Sequence record: DRR723986_2372
Strand: one strand, 5' to 3'
DNA length: 64,000 nt
Of this stretch, positions 39,827 through 49,850 are shown piece by piece (positions within the stretch are counted from its first letter, which is position 1; each line of letters begins with the position of its first letter). Position numbers and translations under genes: made by a program. Below the pieces are notes generated by a model, which searched no databases, was not told where the DNA came from, and worked only from the letters and a program-made list of their open reading frames with translations.

Positions 39827-40711
39827 TCAACGGCGCAAGGCAGGCGAAGTCTGGGGCACCGAGTGACGAAATCGCTCAAGCCCTTCACTTCGTTGCTGGT
39901 CTGACATGAATATTCGAGTATACAGCGCACACATCAGTAAGTCTGGACCCGTGTCGGGGAGCATGCCAAATTCTGGCAGCAAGTGCGACGTTACATGGGT
40001 CGCAATCTCGTCCCGCCGAGGACCGCTGAGTCGTTTACGGTTCTCCATGTACAGGCCAACCGTCGTAGCCAAGGTTCTGCTAGCGACAAAATTGGCTGGG
40101 ATCATCTCGCTCAAGCCGAACGCCCGTGCATCCTCGGGGGCCATACTCCAAGGCTTTGACTGGCCCGCTTCCACCACGACCATTGTGCCAGCGGCCATGT
40201 CTCCGACACGCTGAAAGCGGCGTGAAAGCAGCATAGCTGCCAGCCCAACAGACATGGTTGGTATAGCGAACGCCGGCGCGGCTTCTGATGAAAGGATTTG
40301 CAATGGGAGGAGAACTCCCATGTCCGCCAGCCGCAGGAAGTTTCGAAGCGCAGCCTGCGAGGCATTGATTGGCCGACCGTCAACGGAAATCGTACGCAGC
40401 TTGAAAACCATCTTGCCAAGCGTTCGTCCGTTGAACCGCGTTTCGCAAAAGATGCCGTAAAACCAGCTCAGCAAGAAAAAAAGTAGGATCAGAAAAACGG
40501 TCGCAAGCGTACCGAAAGCAAACGGCGCAAAGGCTGCAAAGAACGAAAGGAAAAAGAGCAGGCCAACGAACATGAATACGCGAAACGCCAGGTCAAACAA
40601 AAACGCGGGCAAACGCAGGAATGGGCCCGCGAGCGCATACTCGAACATAATGTTCTCAGGTGTAACCACCTGTGCCCGCGTGTCGATTTTCACTTGTTGG
40701 TCAGTCTGCAT
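39827..40711 (-). CDS. RDD family membrane protein
   Basis: VVTPENI.FEYALAG..RLPAFLFD, GRTLGK, LRNFLR, QRVGDMAAGTMVV. Confidence 0.9.
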   Translation of the reverse strand: MQTDQQVKIDTRAQVVTPENIMFEYALAGPFLRLPAFLFDLAFRVFMFVGLLFFLSFFAAFAPFAFGTLATVFLILLFFLLSWFYGIFCETRFNGRTLGKMVFKLRTISVDGRPINASQAALRNFLRLADMGVLLPLQILSSEAAPAFAIPTMSVGLAAMLLSRRFQRVGDMAAGTMVVVEAGQSKPWSMAPEDARAFGLSEMIPANFVASRTLATTVGLYMENRKRLSGPRRDEIATHVTSHLLPEFGMLPDTGPDLLMCALYTRIFMSDQQRSEGLERFRHSVPQTSPALRR

Positions 40712-40754
40712 TTCGAGTGCTCGAAGAGGCAAAAAACTATGTCTTAGCGGATGA

Positions 40755-42233
40755 TCAGAACAACGGATCGGACATCTGGGCATCCAGCGTTTCGAACCGA
40801 CCAACGAGTTCTTCGAGGATCTCCGGTCGCTGACTGGCCAGGTCGGCTGTTTCCGCAAGGTCCTGAGGAATATTGTACAGCTCCCACTGGCGGTTTTGTT
40901 GGGAACGCCCAGGTGCCACGATCTTATAATCCCCACTCCGCAGCGCCGCCCGACCGCCTTGCCGCCAGAAGAGTTCCTCGTGGGCCGACTGGGCATCGGC
41001 ATTGTGCAGGAACCGCTGCAGTGACCTGCCATCCAATTTCTGCGACGACGCCTCGCCAAGTAGTTCTTGGCAGGTTGCATAAATGTCCATCGAACTGATC
41101 ATTGCATCACAGGTCTGCCCCGCGGCTTCGCTGCCAGGCCATTTCATAATAAATGGCACACGCAATCCGCCTTCGTACATCGATCCCTTCTCACCACGCA
41201 GCGGCGCATTGCTGCTGGTAAGCTCTCGCGTTGGACCGCCATTGTCACTTAAGAAGAAGACAATGGTGTTGTCCGCCACACCGGCATGATCAAGTGCTTG
41301 GGTTACTCGTCCAACAGCGCGATCCATATCAAGCAGCATTGCCGCGAAAATCCTACGATGGATGCTCTCAATGGACGACAGCTCAGCCAAGGTCTCATTC
41401 CTGGCCTGCAGCGGGCTATGAACAGCATTGAATGTCAACGCGAGGAAAAAGGGAGTCTGCTTGTTCGCATCAATGAAAGCCGCCGCCTCTCGTGCAAGGG
41501 CATCCGTTAGATACTCCGGTTCGGCGACCGGCTGCCCATCTCGAACGATCGGGTTGTTAGCGTCGTACGCCGGTTCATCGTGGTGCATGTGGCTGCCGTA
41601 GTATCGCGTCGGCGAAGCCTGGTAGGGAGAACCCCATTGCTGCGGCAGCGAACGTCGGCGGAGCAGTAACGTCGTATTCGCCCAAGGAGATGGCTCGAAA
41701 TAGTGGCCTTCGTGCGTAAAGCCAAAGAAGAAATCGAAACCATGGCGATGCGGGTGGTAGTCCGCTGCACCGCCGAGATGCCATTTGCCAACGAGTCCGC
41801 AAACATACCCAGATGTACGCAAATACTCAGGAAGCAATTGCTCAGCCTTGGGCATTCCCGTGCCTGGATCCTCGTTCCGAGCGCCGATCGGATTGAATTC
41901 ATAGCCGAAACGCGTTGGCGTTCTCCCTGAAAACAAGCCTGCTCGGGAAGGACTGCAGTTGGGTCCGGTGACGTAAGCTTGCGTGAAGCGGATACCGTTG
42001 TTAGCAAGGTCGTCAATGTGAACCGTTGGAATCTCATCATTCCCCTGACAGCCCAATTCCCCATAGCCAAGATCGTCTGCAACAATCACAACGATGTTCG
42101 GCGGCTTCTCCAGCGACTGGCCTAAGGCACCGGCTGGCGTGCCAGCAAACCAGCTAACCAGCAAGATGCACCAGAGAGATGCGCCCGCCAGGCGAGCAGG
42201 GTTCAGGAGTCTTCGACGCATCACGGTCCTCAT
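40755..42233 (-). CDS. Formylglycine-dependent (S1) sulfatase, secreted
   Basis: PNIVVIVADDLGY, CSPSRAGL, GKWHLG, SDNGG, LRGEKGSMYEGGLRVP. Start uncertain. Confidence 0.95.
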   Translation of the reverse strand: MRTVMRRRLLNPARLAGASLWCILLVSWFAGTPAGALGQSLEKPPNIVVIVADDLGYGELGCQGNDEIPTVHIDDLANNGIRFTQAYVTGPNCSPSRAGLFSGRTPTRFGYEFNPIGARNEDPGTGMPKAEQLLPEYLRTSGYVCGLVGKWHLGGAADYHPHRHGFDFFFGFTHEGHYFEPSPWANTTLLLRRRSLPQQWGSPYQASPTRYYGSHMHHDEPAYDANNPIVRDGQPVAEPEYLTDALAREAAAFIDANKQTPFFLALTFNAVHSPLQARNETLAELSSIESIHRRIFAAMLLDMDRAVGRVTQALDHAGVADNTIVFFLSDNGGPTRELTSSNAPLRGEKGSMYEGGLRVPFIMKWPGSEAAGQTCDAMISSMDIYATCQELLGEASSQKLDGRSLQRFLHNADAQSAHEELFWRQGGRAALRSGDYKIVAPGRSQQNRQWELYNIPQDLAETADLASQRPEILEELVGRFETLDAQMSDPLF

Positions 42234-42466
42234 CTTTGCTGGGCGACCTTCTTGGAAGCTTGACCGAGGGACGCTATCCGCTGCAATGCAGTGTTTGGGG
42301 CTGCCAACGGGCCTGTTGGCGGGTTTCACCCACCCTACGACTTTTCACCCTGCCGTTTCGGGCGTCGACGCATCAGTATCAGGTGCAGCATCAGCGTCAA
42401 GCAGGCACGGCATCAAACACAGCATAAGTGCTAGCCAAGGTCAAACAGTACAATATACCAGCGCAT

Positions 42467-42502
42467 AAAAAAGAGTTGCTACGAACTAATCGCAACAACT
42501 CT
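42467..42502 (-). terminator. Rho-independent terminator of the rpsM-rpmG operon
   Basis: GAGTTG..CGA / TCG..CAACTC stem; A6 on plus strand gives U6 on minus. Confidence 0.7.
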
Positions 42503-42547
42503 ATGTATTCTTGTCTCGCGTGTTTAGACGCGGCCGAGTTTAGAAGT

Positions 42548-42709
42548 CTATTTCTTCTTCTCGTTGTGGATCGTGTGCTTTCTCAAGCGTGGGCAAAACT
42601 TCTTAAGCTTTAGTTTTTCCCCGCCAGCTCGCCGACGCAGCGTGTAGTTGTAATCACCGGTTTCTTCGCAAACCAAGTGAACTACTTCTTTCTTCTTGCT
42701 CTTCGCCAT
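42548..42709 (-). CDS. rpmG: 50S ribosomal protein L33 (not in the ORF track)
   Basis: Hand translation: MAKSKKKEVVHLVCEETGDYNYTLRRRAGGEKLKLKKFCPRLRKHTIHNEKKK (53 aa). Confidence 0.93.
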   Translation of the reverse strand: MAKSKKKEVVHLVCEETGDYNYTLRRRAGGEKLKLKKFCPRLRKHTIHNEKKK

Positions 42710-42781
42710 CGTATTAACTCGTCAAATCGAAAATTTGTATTCGTATAACGGGACGCTAGTTAAATGCTTTGCAGCACTAGA

Positions 42782-43453
42782 CTAGTCTTCCGATTTCTTC
42801 TCGGCTTCTTCCTCAGTGCCGCCTTCAGCCGTCTCATCACTGGCTGATTCAGCAGTTTCGTCCGAGGAATCTGTGTCGGCTGCGTCATCAGAGGCGAAGG
42901 CAGGCTTCTCACTCTTCGCCGCGACACGGTCGTTCTTACCAACCAATTCCAGAATGGCTCGAACACCAGCATCGCCCAGGCGAGGCGTGGCAAGTCGCAT
43001 GATTCGGGTGTATCCACCGTCGCGGTCTTCAAACCGTTCGGCGATCACATCCACCAAAATGCTGACTGCTTCTTTGTCGCGAAGTGTTTGGAACAACCGA
43101 CGGCGTGCGTTGACGGCTGGAGCGCTCGCTTCCACCCACTTGGCGTGCTGTTCGCCTTCTCGCCACTGCTTCCAAGCTTCCGTGCCACGCTCGGCATCGG
43201 TTGCGAATTCGGATGCAGCAAGCTCAGCGGCGCGTGCCTTCTTCGCCAGCGTAATGCACTTCTCAACCATTGGCCGCACTTCCTTGGCCTTGGCGAGCGT
43301 TGTCACGATTCGTCCAGGAACCTTCGGTGGGTTTGGATCGAACTCAGTGACTTCTCGTTCGGTCAAAAATAGTGCCGAAGTCAGATTCTTCAGAAGAGCC
43401 TTACGGTGACTTGGGGATCGCCCAAGAACTCGGCCGTGTCGTCTGTGTCGCAT
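42782..43453 (-). CDS. rplQ: 50S ribosomal protein L17, with insertion and acidic tail
   Basis: MRHRRHGRVLGRSPSHRKALL, TTLAKAKE, RDGGYTRI..RLGDA. Confidence 0.96.
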   Translation of the reverse strand: MRHRRHGRVLGRSPSHRKALLKNLTSALFLTEREVTEFDPNPPKVPGRIVTTLAKAKEVRPMVEKCITLAKKARAAELAASEFATDAERGTEAWKQWREGEQHAKWVEASAPAVNARRRLFQTLRDKEAVSILVDVIAERFEDRDGGYTRIMRLATPRLGDAGVRAILELVGKNDRVAAKSEKPAFASDDAADTDSSDETAESASDETAEGGTEEEAEKKSED

Positions 43454-43552
43454 GGGTAAGAGCCGTCAATTATCAACTGTTTTAGGGATCCGCCCGGTAA
43501 TGATCCGGGCGTGTTGGTTTCTTAATGAGCCAGTGCTAGCCGCCTGGGTCGC

Positions 43553-44545
43553 CTATCGGAACGCTTGCGAGGAAGGGAGTCGCATTCCAAGGTGCAGCCC
43601 AAGGGTGGACAATCGATCGCGGACTTCGGTCAAAGTCGTTTCGCCGAAGTTGCGAATCTCTAGCAATTGATCTTCGTTTCGCTGGACGAGTTCGCGAATG
43701 GTGTGAATGCCTTCGCTCTCCAGGCAGTTACCAGCTCGAACGCTCAGGCGGAGCTCGGCAACGGCAGTATTAAGCTTGGCTTCCAACTGAGCCTCGGCTG
43801 ACCCAGGGCCGCCGCGAGCGGTAGCGTGAACCTGCTGTCCAAGCTCGGTGTATTGAACAAATGGGTTGAGGTGCTTGCGGAAGATCTTTGCCGCTTCAAC
43901 CAAAGCCATTTCCGGGCTAACAGAACCGTCAGTGTAAACTTCCAGGTTCAGTCGATCGTAATTCGTCTTCTGGCCAACACGAGTTTCTTCGATGTCGTAA
44001 CGAACACGAGTTACGGGGCTGTAGACCGCGTCGACAGGGATGATGCCGATCTCGTGGTCCCGCGAGCTATGCTCGGATGCCGGTACGTAGCCGCGACCGT
44101 TCTCAACCACCATTTCCATGGTGAATGGAACGTCTTCGGTTAGCGTCGCGAGAACGTGGTGCTTGTTGATGATCTCAACATCAGCATCCGTCTCAACGTC
44201 CGCACCAGTAATGTCGCCCGCAGTGTTTCGTTCTACCGTAATGACCCGCGTCGAATCGCTGTGATTCTTAACAACGAGGCTCTTCACGTTCAGCACGATG
44301 TCGGTAACGTCTTGAAGAACGCCAGGAATCGTAGTGAATTCGTGCTGAGCGCCACGGATTTTGATTTGCGTTACCGCACTTCCCTCGAGGCTGGAAAGCA
44401 GAACTCGTCGCAGGCTGTTGCCGACGGTCGTCCCAAATCCACGCTCAAAAGGCTCAGCGGTAAACTTGCCGTAAGATGGGGAAAGCGTATTCAGGTCTGG
44501 TTGAACAACGCTTGGCAGCTCGAGTCCACGCCATTTGATGTGCAT
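43553..44545 (-). CDS. rpoA: RNA polymerase alpha subunit
   Basis: [52 protein letters not shown]. Confidence 0.98.
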   Translation of the reverse strand: MHIKWRGLELPSVVQPDLNTLSPSYGKFTAEPFERGFGTTVGNSLRRVLLSSLEGSAVTQIKIRGAQHEFTTIPGVLQDVTDIVLNVKSLVVKNHSDSTRVITVERNTAGDITGADVETDADVEIINKHHVLATLTEDVPFTMEMVVENGRGYVPASEHSSRDHEIGIIPVDAVYSPVTRVRYDIEETRVGQKTNYDRLNLEVYTDGSVSPEMALVEAAKIFRKHLNPFVQYTELGQQVHATARGGPGSAEAQLEAKLNTAVAELRLSVRAGNCLESEGIHTIRELVQRNEDQLLEIRNFGETTLTEVRDRLSTLGLHLGMRLPSSQAFR

Positions 44546-44719
44546 GCTGCTAGTTCCTTACAGTATTGATTCGTAGGGTGTGCCGTCGGGGCGGTAACAA
44601 AGCTCAGGGGGCCGCAGGGCTAAAGTGCTGGCGGGGATTCACTGAGTTTCCTGTCACCGAAAGTTTCAATTCGTCAGGATCACACGAAGCAATCGCGTAA
44701 CTTGCCAAGTCCAGCGGGA

Positions 44720-45100
44720 CTAGACGCGACGACGCTTGCGTGGGCGACAGCCGTTGTGAGGAATCGGTGTCACGTCCTCAATAAACTTCACCGTCATGCC
44801 AGCAGTTTGCAGTGCAGTGATTGCACTTTCTCGGCCCGAACCAGGTCCCTTGACCCGCACTTCGAGTTCCTTGACGCCAAACTTCGCAGCTTTTTCAGCA
44901 GCTTGCTGAGCGGCAGATTGGCCGGCGAAAGGCGTGCTCTTACGACTTCCTTTGAAGCCACATGTTCCGGAGCTTGCCCAGCAGAGCGTATCGCCCTTGT
45001 TGTCCGTGATAGTGACAGTTGTGTTGTTGAACGTAGAACGAATGTGAGCAATGCCCATCGTTACGTTTCTACGCTGCTTGCGACGTTTAACCTTCGCCAC
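44720..45100 (-). CDS. rpsK: 30S ribosomal protein S11
   Basis: [40 protein letters not shown]. Confidence 0.98.
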   Translation of the reverse strand: MAKVKRRKQRRNVTMGIAHIRSTFNNTTVTITDNKGDTLCWASSGTCGFKGSRKSTPFAGQSAAQQAAEKAAKFGVKELEVRVKGPGSGRESAITALQTAGMTVKFIEDVTPIPHNGCRPRKRRRV

Positions 45101-45231
45101 GGGAACCCCTCGTCTGACTCTATGTCTAAATCTATCTATGTCGTAACCGGACGCTACTCAATTGGCAATGAATGCCAACTCGAAGGTCCGGGGGTGTATG
45201 CAGTAGTGCAACGCTGACCAGAACGCTCGGA

Positions 45232-45615
45232 CTATCGCAAGTCCTTTACGCCCTTCTTACCGGCAACGGTCTTCTTCGGCCCCTTGCGAGTCCGGGCGTT
45301 GGTGCGGGTTCGCTGCCCACGTACGGGCAAGCCCATTCGGTGACGCAGCCCGCGGTAGCAGCGAACTTCACGCAACCGGTTGATATTCTGGCTGAGCTGA
45401 CGGCGAAGCGGGCCTTCGACTGTGAAGTCTCGCTCAAGCATCGTCGAAAGACGGCTGAGCTCATCCTCGTCCAGATCACGAGCAGGCTTATTGCCGTCGA
45501 TGTTATTCTTGACGCAAACTTCCTGAGAAACTTGCGGGCCAACACCGTACAAGTAAGTCAACGCGATGCTAACCTTCTTGTCGTTTGGAATGTCCACACC
45601 GAGTAAACGCGGCAC
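45232..45615 (-). CDS. rpsM: 30S ribosomal protein S13
   Basis: RLLGVDIP, CYRGLRHRMGLPVRGQRTRTNARTRKG. Confidence 0.98.
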   Translation of the reverse strand: MPRLLGVDIPNDKKVSIALTYLYGVGPQVSQEVCVKNNIDGNKPARDLDEDELSRLSTMLERDFTVEGPLRRQLSQNINRLREVRCYRGLRHRMGLPVRGQRTRTNARTRKGPKKTVAGKKGVKDLR

Positions 45616-45714
45616 GTAAGACTCCTTGAGATTGCTCTAAACGCTTTATTTCAAACGACTTAACGCAGGCAATGCGAGGGTCGTTTCTGATCTATTGGAC
45701 TTGACGAATCGAGC

Positions 45715-45744
45715 ATTCTACAGCACTGGTTCCTAATCCGACAA
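45715..45744 (-). promoter_or_regulatory. Putative sigma70 promoter of the rpsM operon
   Basis: Minus strand TTGTCG-N18-TAGAAT, about 100 bp upstream of rpsM. Confidence 0.55.
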
Positions 45745-45878
45745 GCCGTAAATGCTAACGATTTCTATGGATTTCGCGCAGCGGCTGCGTCAGCGCTACT
45801 GCCGATTCTCCAGCTTCCTATAGATACAGCCCCTGGAATGGATTCCTACCGTCAAGTGGCCGGTTACTCGCGTTTCGG

Positions 45879-46841
45879 TCAAAGCTCGCTAGCTGTGATG
45901 ACGTCGACCGGCGTCTGCTGATCCGCAACGCTTTGCGACGTGCCATCGATCAACTGCAAAGCGGCCTCGATCCCGAAGGCGGCCAGCTCGGAACCATGTT
46001 GATCAACGGTGGCCAGAATGTCGCCGCCACGGATGGCTTCTTGAACAGCATCAATATTATCGAAGCCAACAATCTGCACTTCATCGGATCGCCCCGACGC
46101 CTTGACCGCTGCCAGGGCCCCGAGGGCCATGCTGTCATTCGCACACAAAATCGCCTTCACGTTCGGGTGCTCGGATAGAATCGACGAGGCGATCGTATTC
46201 GCGCTGGACATTTCCCAGTCGGCAGACTGACTGCTGACAATTTTCAGCTCGAGTTCTGAGCAAGCTTTTTCAAATCCCGCTAAACGCTGCGCTGCGTTAA
46301 ACGATGTGCGAATACCTTCTAAGATGGCTACTTCATCGCCCGCGGAGACGTGCTCGCCAAGCCGCATGGCTACTTCGTAGGCTCCTTGCAAATTGTCCGG
46401 ACCGACGAACGGGATCTCGACGCCCTCCTGCTTCAGCACGCTTGCATCAAGCTGATTGTCAATATTAACAACGACCACCCCCGCCTCCTGCGCCTTGCGG
46501 AGCGCCGGCACGAGCGCTTTGGAGTCTGCGGGAGCGATCACAATCGCCCGTGCTCCAGCGGCAACCATTTCATCAACCAAAGCAACTTGCCGCCCCAAGT
46601 CGCGTTCGTCCTTGATTCCCACAGCCAGCAGCTCGTACTTGTCAGCATTTTCTTTGGCGTGAGCTTCTGCTCCTTGCTGCATGGTCGCGAAGAATTCATT
46701 GGCAAGCGACTTCATCACCAAAGCGACTTTGGGCTTTCCCGACGCTGCTTCACTATCCGACTTGGGACTCCCCGAGCAGCCGGCCATAGCGACGCAAAGC
46801 ACCAGTGAAGCCGCGGCAAGCGTGAGACTGCGTGTCGTCAT
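45879..46841 (-). CDS. RbsB-like sugar ABC transporter substrate-binding lipoprotein
   Basis: MAGC lipobox; MKSLANEFF, IVIAPADS, ANDSMALGA, IVGFD. Confidence 0.9.
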   Translation of the reverse strand: MTTRSLTLAAASLVLCVAMAGCSGSPKSDSEAASGKPKVALVMKSLANEFFATMQQGAEAHAKENADKYELLAVGIKDERDLGRQVALVDEMVAAGARAIVIAPADSKALVPALRKAQEAGVVVVNIDNQLDASVLKQEGVEIPFVGPDNLQGAYEVAMRLGEHVSAGDEVAILEGIRTSFNAAQRLAGFEKACSELELKIVSSQSADWEMSSANTIASSILSEHPNVKAILCANDSMALGALAAVKASGRSDEVQIVGFDNIDAVQEAIRGGDILATVDQHGSELAAFGIEAALQLIDGTSQSVADQQTPVDVITASEL

Positions 46842-47099
46842 GATATTGATTCCTGGTTCTTCGTGTAGAACGCTTTATGATTACGGAATGCACGCAGGCG
46901 CAACGCCAGAATCCAGCCTTGCAGATCCGGTGCAATTTACTGTTGTCCAGCTTGCCGCATAAGTGCAACCTTGCTCGATGCCATTGTATTGGAAAACTCA
47001 CCAAACCGCAGTACCGTAGTGAAGGCAGCTTGCCTGCAACCCATAAGTCGATTGGGCGGCGTTTTTGATTTGGCCGATCAGACCTGACCGCGCTCGCTT

Positions 47100-47143
47100 G
47101 CAGCACCGCCTTTAGGCGGAATTCCGGCTAAAGCCGGTACTAC
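47100..47143. repeat. Inverted doublet of GTAG-type REP-like elements
   Basis: GCAGCACCGCCTTTAGGCGG-AATT-CCGGCTAAAGCCGGTACTAC; each arm is self-complementary; the right arm reads GTAGTACCGGCTTTAGCCGG on the minus strand. Confidence 0.75.
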
Positions 47144-47367
47144 GAACCCCGGGTGACTATACCTTGGGGGGTAAACGTCAGGTTCAACCCACCGACGCGC
47201 ATTCCTGGCATACTTGTGCGTCCTGGTGGTGTTCCAGCAGCCAAAGACCTTACCCCGCTAACACTAAGAAAACAATTCACTGTATCACTAGTGGCGAGGA
47301 GTCGGCTCGGTTACTCCCCGATGCACGACGGGACGTAACATCTTCCCAACAAAGGAGAATCGAAGAT

Positions 47368-48222
47368 ATGTTCGTAGCATCTGCATGCTCAATACTGTTT
47401 GCGTGTTGCCAAGTACTACCTGGAACATCGGGGACGGACGATATAAGGCGCTGTCTCGCGCGAGTTGAAGCTGAATTAGAGAGATCTTTGCCTAACGAGC
47501 AAAAACTAGAATCGCTCCATACAGACATACTAGAAGCGGCAACCGCGCTAAAACCCTCCGATTTCGGGAGGTACGTTGACGAAATGGCTTCGGGGGATCT
47601 CGCTTTTGTATTGTTGCTACTGAACGGGCCGGAGACCTTCTTTGACACGGTCGAAAACCCAGGATTTAGTGAGGACCAACGAAATGCGTACAACAGCGCC
47701 TTAGTTAGGAAGTTACAGACTACCCCTGCCTTTCTACAGAGATTCACGGAGTTCTTTCGATGGACGGATGGCTTCCGAGTACCCGATCTCCTCGATACCA
47801 ATCCTAGATCTGCCGAGACTTCTTTCGTCGTGGAAGTTTCGTCAACCATCCAGCATGTCAGGGAAGAAGGGCCGATTTCTTACGACCATGTTGAGATCGT
47901 GTGTTATGGCTATTTGCATTCGTATTCAGAATTTAACGAGTGCAAGGACGCTGCAGCATTTCGCAATCAAGCTGCCGACTTCTTGGAGTACCTTGAAGCT
48001 TCCGAATTCACGACAACATCTGGCCAACGTTGGACCGCGAGTGCTGGGGCTGAATCGCGTGTGGCCGGAGGTGCTGGCCCGAAACTACCTAGGCTAGTCC
48101 GGCCAACAACACCGTGTTCACAGATGTCAAAACCGCTAGAGCGTTTACTCTTGTTTGCTCCCCGAACGATTCTGCAAGCCAGTAGTTACAGATCCCCAAA
48201 CGGAAGGATCGCAGTTAACTAG
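47368..48222 (+). CDS. Hypothetical protein, possibly exported
   Basis: AAGGAG RBS before ATG 47368; no motif recognised; many CTA/TTA codons. Confidence 0.6.
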   Translation: MFVASACSILFACCQVLPGTSGTDDIRRCLARVEAELERSLPNEQKLESLHTDILEAATALKPSDFGRYVDEMASGDLAFVLLLLNGPETFFDTVENPGFSEDQRNAYNSALVRKLQTTPAFLQRFTEFFRWTDGFRVPDLLDTNPRSAETSFVVEVSSTIQHVREEGPISYDHVEIVCYGYLHSYSEFNECKDAAAFRNQAADFLEYLEASEFTTTSGQRWTASAGAESRVAGGAGPKLPRLVRPTTPCSQMSKPLERLLLFAPRTILQASSYRSPNGRIAVN

Positions 48223-48307
48223 TGTATGATTGCAGGCCGGCTACCTGCACGACGAGATGCGGCATGTTTTTCAGAAGATGGCCCGACGCTAACACGGGTG
48301 ATTTGCG

Positions 48308-48712
48308 ATGAAATTCAGTCTGAAGTTCTTGTTCGGCTTGCTACTGCTTCATGCAATCTACTTCGGCGCAATTCGAACATTTGCAAACTCGGCTGCTGCC
48401 GAAGTACGAAGTCCAATCCATGCAACCGCGTTGGCTTGGCTAGTGGGCGTCTGGGGAGGTGCCGCGCTCGGCTGTATTTCGATCTGGTTTCGAACTAGAT
48501 CTGGCGCTATGCCCAAGCTTAGCCAACACAATGCACGCCACTTTAGCTACAGCCTTGCATTGGTGTTTGCACTTGTACTTTGCCTCCAGTTGTACGTTGT
48601 GCAATTGAATGGGAAGGCATGGCTCGCCGGAGCAGTCTGCACAGCTTTGCCCTTGGGTTCGATCTTAACGTGGAGCTTCGTAACTCCTGAAAGGAAGACG
48701 ACTGCAGATTGA
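48308..48712 (+). CDS. Hypothetical 4-TM membrane protein
   Basis: MKFSLKFLFGLLLL N-terminus; four hydrophobic segments. Confidence 0.65.
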   Translation: MKFSLKFLFGLLLLHAIYFGAIRTFANSAAAEVRSPIHATALAWLVGVWGGAALGCISIWFRTRSGAMPKLSQHNARHFSYSLALVFALVLCLQLYVVQLNGKAWLAGAVCTALPLGSILTWSFVTPERKTTAD

Positions 48713-48781
48713 AAATTTGCTGGCCAGGTCCAGAGTGATTGCAGTCAAGCTACCCGCGCTACGTTTGTAAGCCTGTTGCGA

Positions 48782-49759
48782 TTACCGTTTTAGTTGCCGA
48801 TGCAACAGATCCCGGATCTCAGCTTCGGTCGGAAGGCTGGGCTGGGCGCCCGGACGAGAGGCAGCAAGCGCACCGGCGGCACAAGCAAACTTGATCGCAG
48901 GTTCTAGTGATGTCGCGGAGCATGCGTTCACAACGTCTGCGGGCCAGCAGCTAGCTAACGCTCCTGCGAACGCATCGCCGGCTGCTGTCGAGTCAACTGC
49001 TTGAATCGGAAGTGGGTCGATAAAGAACACCGCGGGCGCATTTTTTTCTTGGGGCTTTGCTGATTCGGACACACAACAGACTACCCCCTGAGCCCCCAGC
49101 GTGACAATTGCGTATTTGACGCCGCGACGACATATCTCCTGGGCCGCCTCAGCCGCAGCCTCCTTGGATTCAATGGCGCGGCCCAGCAGTGCCGAAGCTT
49201 CTGCTTCATTGGGGCAGAGGATATCGGCGGCCCAAACGAACTCGGGCCTTTCGCTCGGCGCTGGCGCTGGATCGAGTAGCACGAGTGTGCCAGATCGCCG
49301 TGCAATACGCATTGCCGCACCGACAGCATCCAAGGGGATCTCGAGCTGCATGACCAGTACATCCGCCTCAGCGATTTCGTCCCGGAACGCCTCAACGTCG
49401 CCAGGAGTCAATTGGCTGTTCGCGCCTGGGGCGACCATGATCGAATTCTCGCCGGAGTCTTCCACGCCGATCACAGCAAGGCCGCTGAGCTGTCCGGGAA
49501 TCTGCGTGATGAAGTCCGTACCAACGCCACTGGACGCAAGTCCCGCCTGCAATTTCGGAGCGAACGCATCGGCCCCAAGCCTTCCGAGCATGATCGTCGA
49601 TGCACCGGCACGAGCAGCGGCGACAGCTTGATTGGCCCCCTTGCCACCTGGGACCTCTTGCGCCCCACGAGCCAACACAGTCTCGCCTGGAACGGGGAGT
49701 CGCTCGCAATCGACGACTAAGTCCATGTTGATTGAGCCAATTACGGCTACACGATTCAC
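48782..49759 (-). CDS. rbsK: Ribokinase
   Basis: VIGSINMDLV, PGGKGANQAVAAARAG, QLEIP, PNEAEA, DSTAAGDAF, GAQPSLP. Confidence 0.95.
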   Translation of the reverse strand: MNRVAVIGSINMDLVVDCERLPVPGETVLARGAQEVPGGKGANQAVAAARAGASTIMLGRLGADAFAPKLQAGLASSGVGTDFITQIPGQLSGLAVIGVEDSGENSIMVAPGANSQLTPGDVEAFRDEIAEADVLVMQLEIPLDAVGAAMRIARRSGTLVLLDPAPAPSERPEFVWAADILCPNEAEASALLGRAIESKEAAAEAAQEICRRGVKYAIVTLGAQGVVCCVSESAKPQEKNAPAVFFIDPLPIQAVDSTAAGDAFAGALASCWPADVVNACSATSLEPAIKFACAAGALAASRPGAQPSLPTEAEIRDLLHRQLKR

Positions 49760-49850
49760 GTGAGCATCCTTTTGCGTTTGCCAACTGAGAGATTTTTGGC
49801 TGCGTGCAGCGCTGAGCGGGGCGCGACGGCAGTGGACCGCCAGCGTTTTT

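Noticed and set aside
44546..44719. rpsD remnant between rpsK and rpoA; rpmJ upstream of rpsM
   Set aside because: No S4-like or L36-like coding sequence recognisable
47205..47222. TGGCATACTTGTGC as a sigma54 promoter
   Set aside because: GG-to-GC spacing is one base short of the strict requirement
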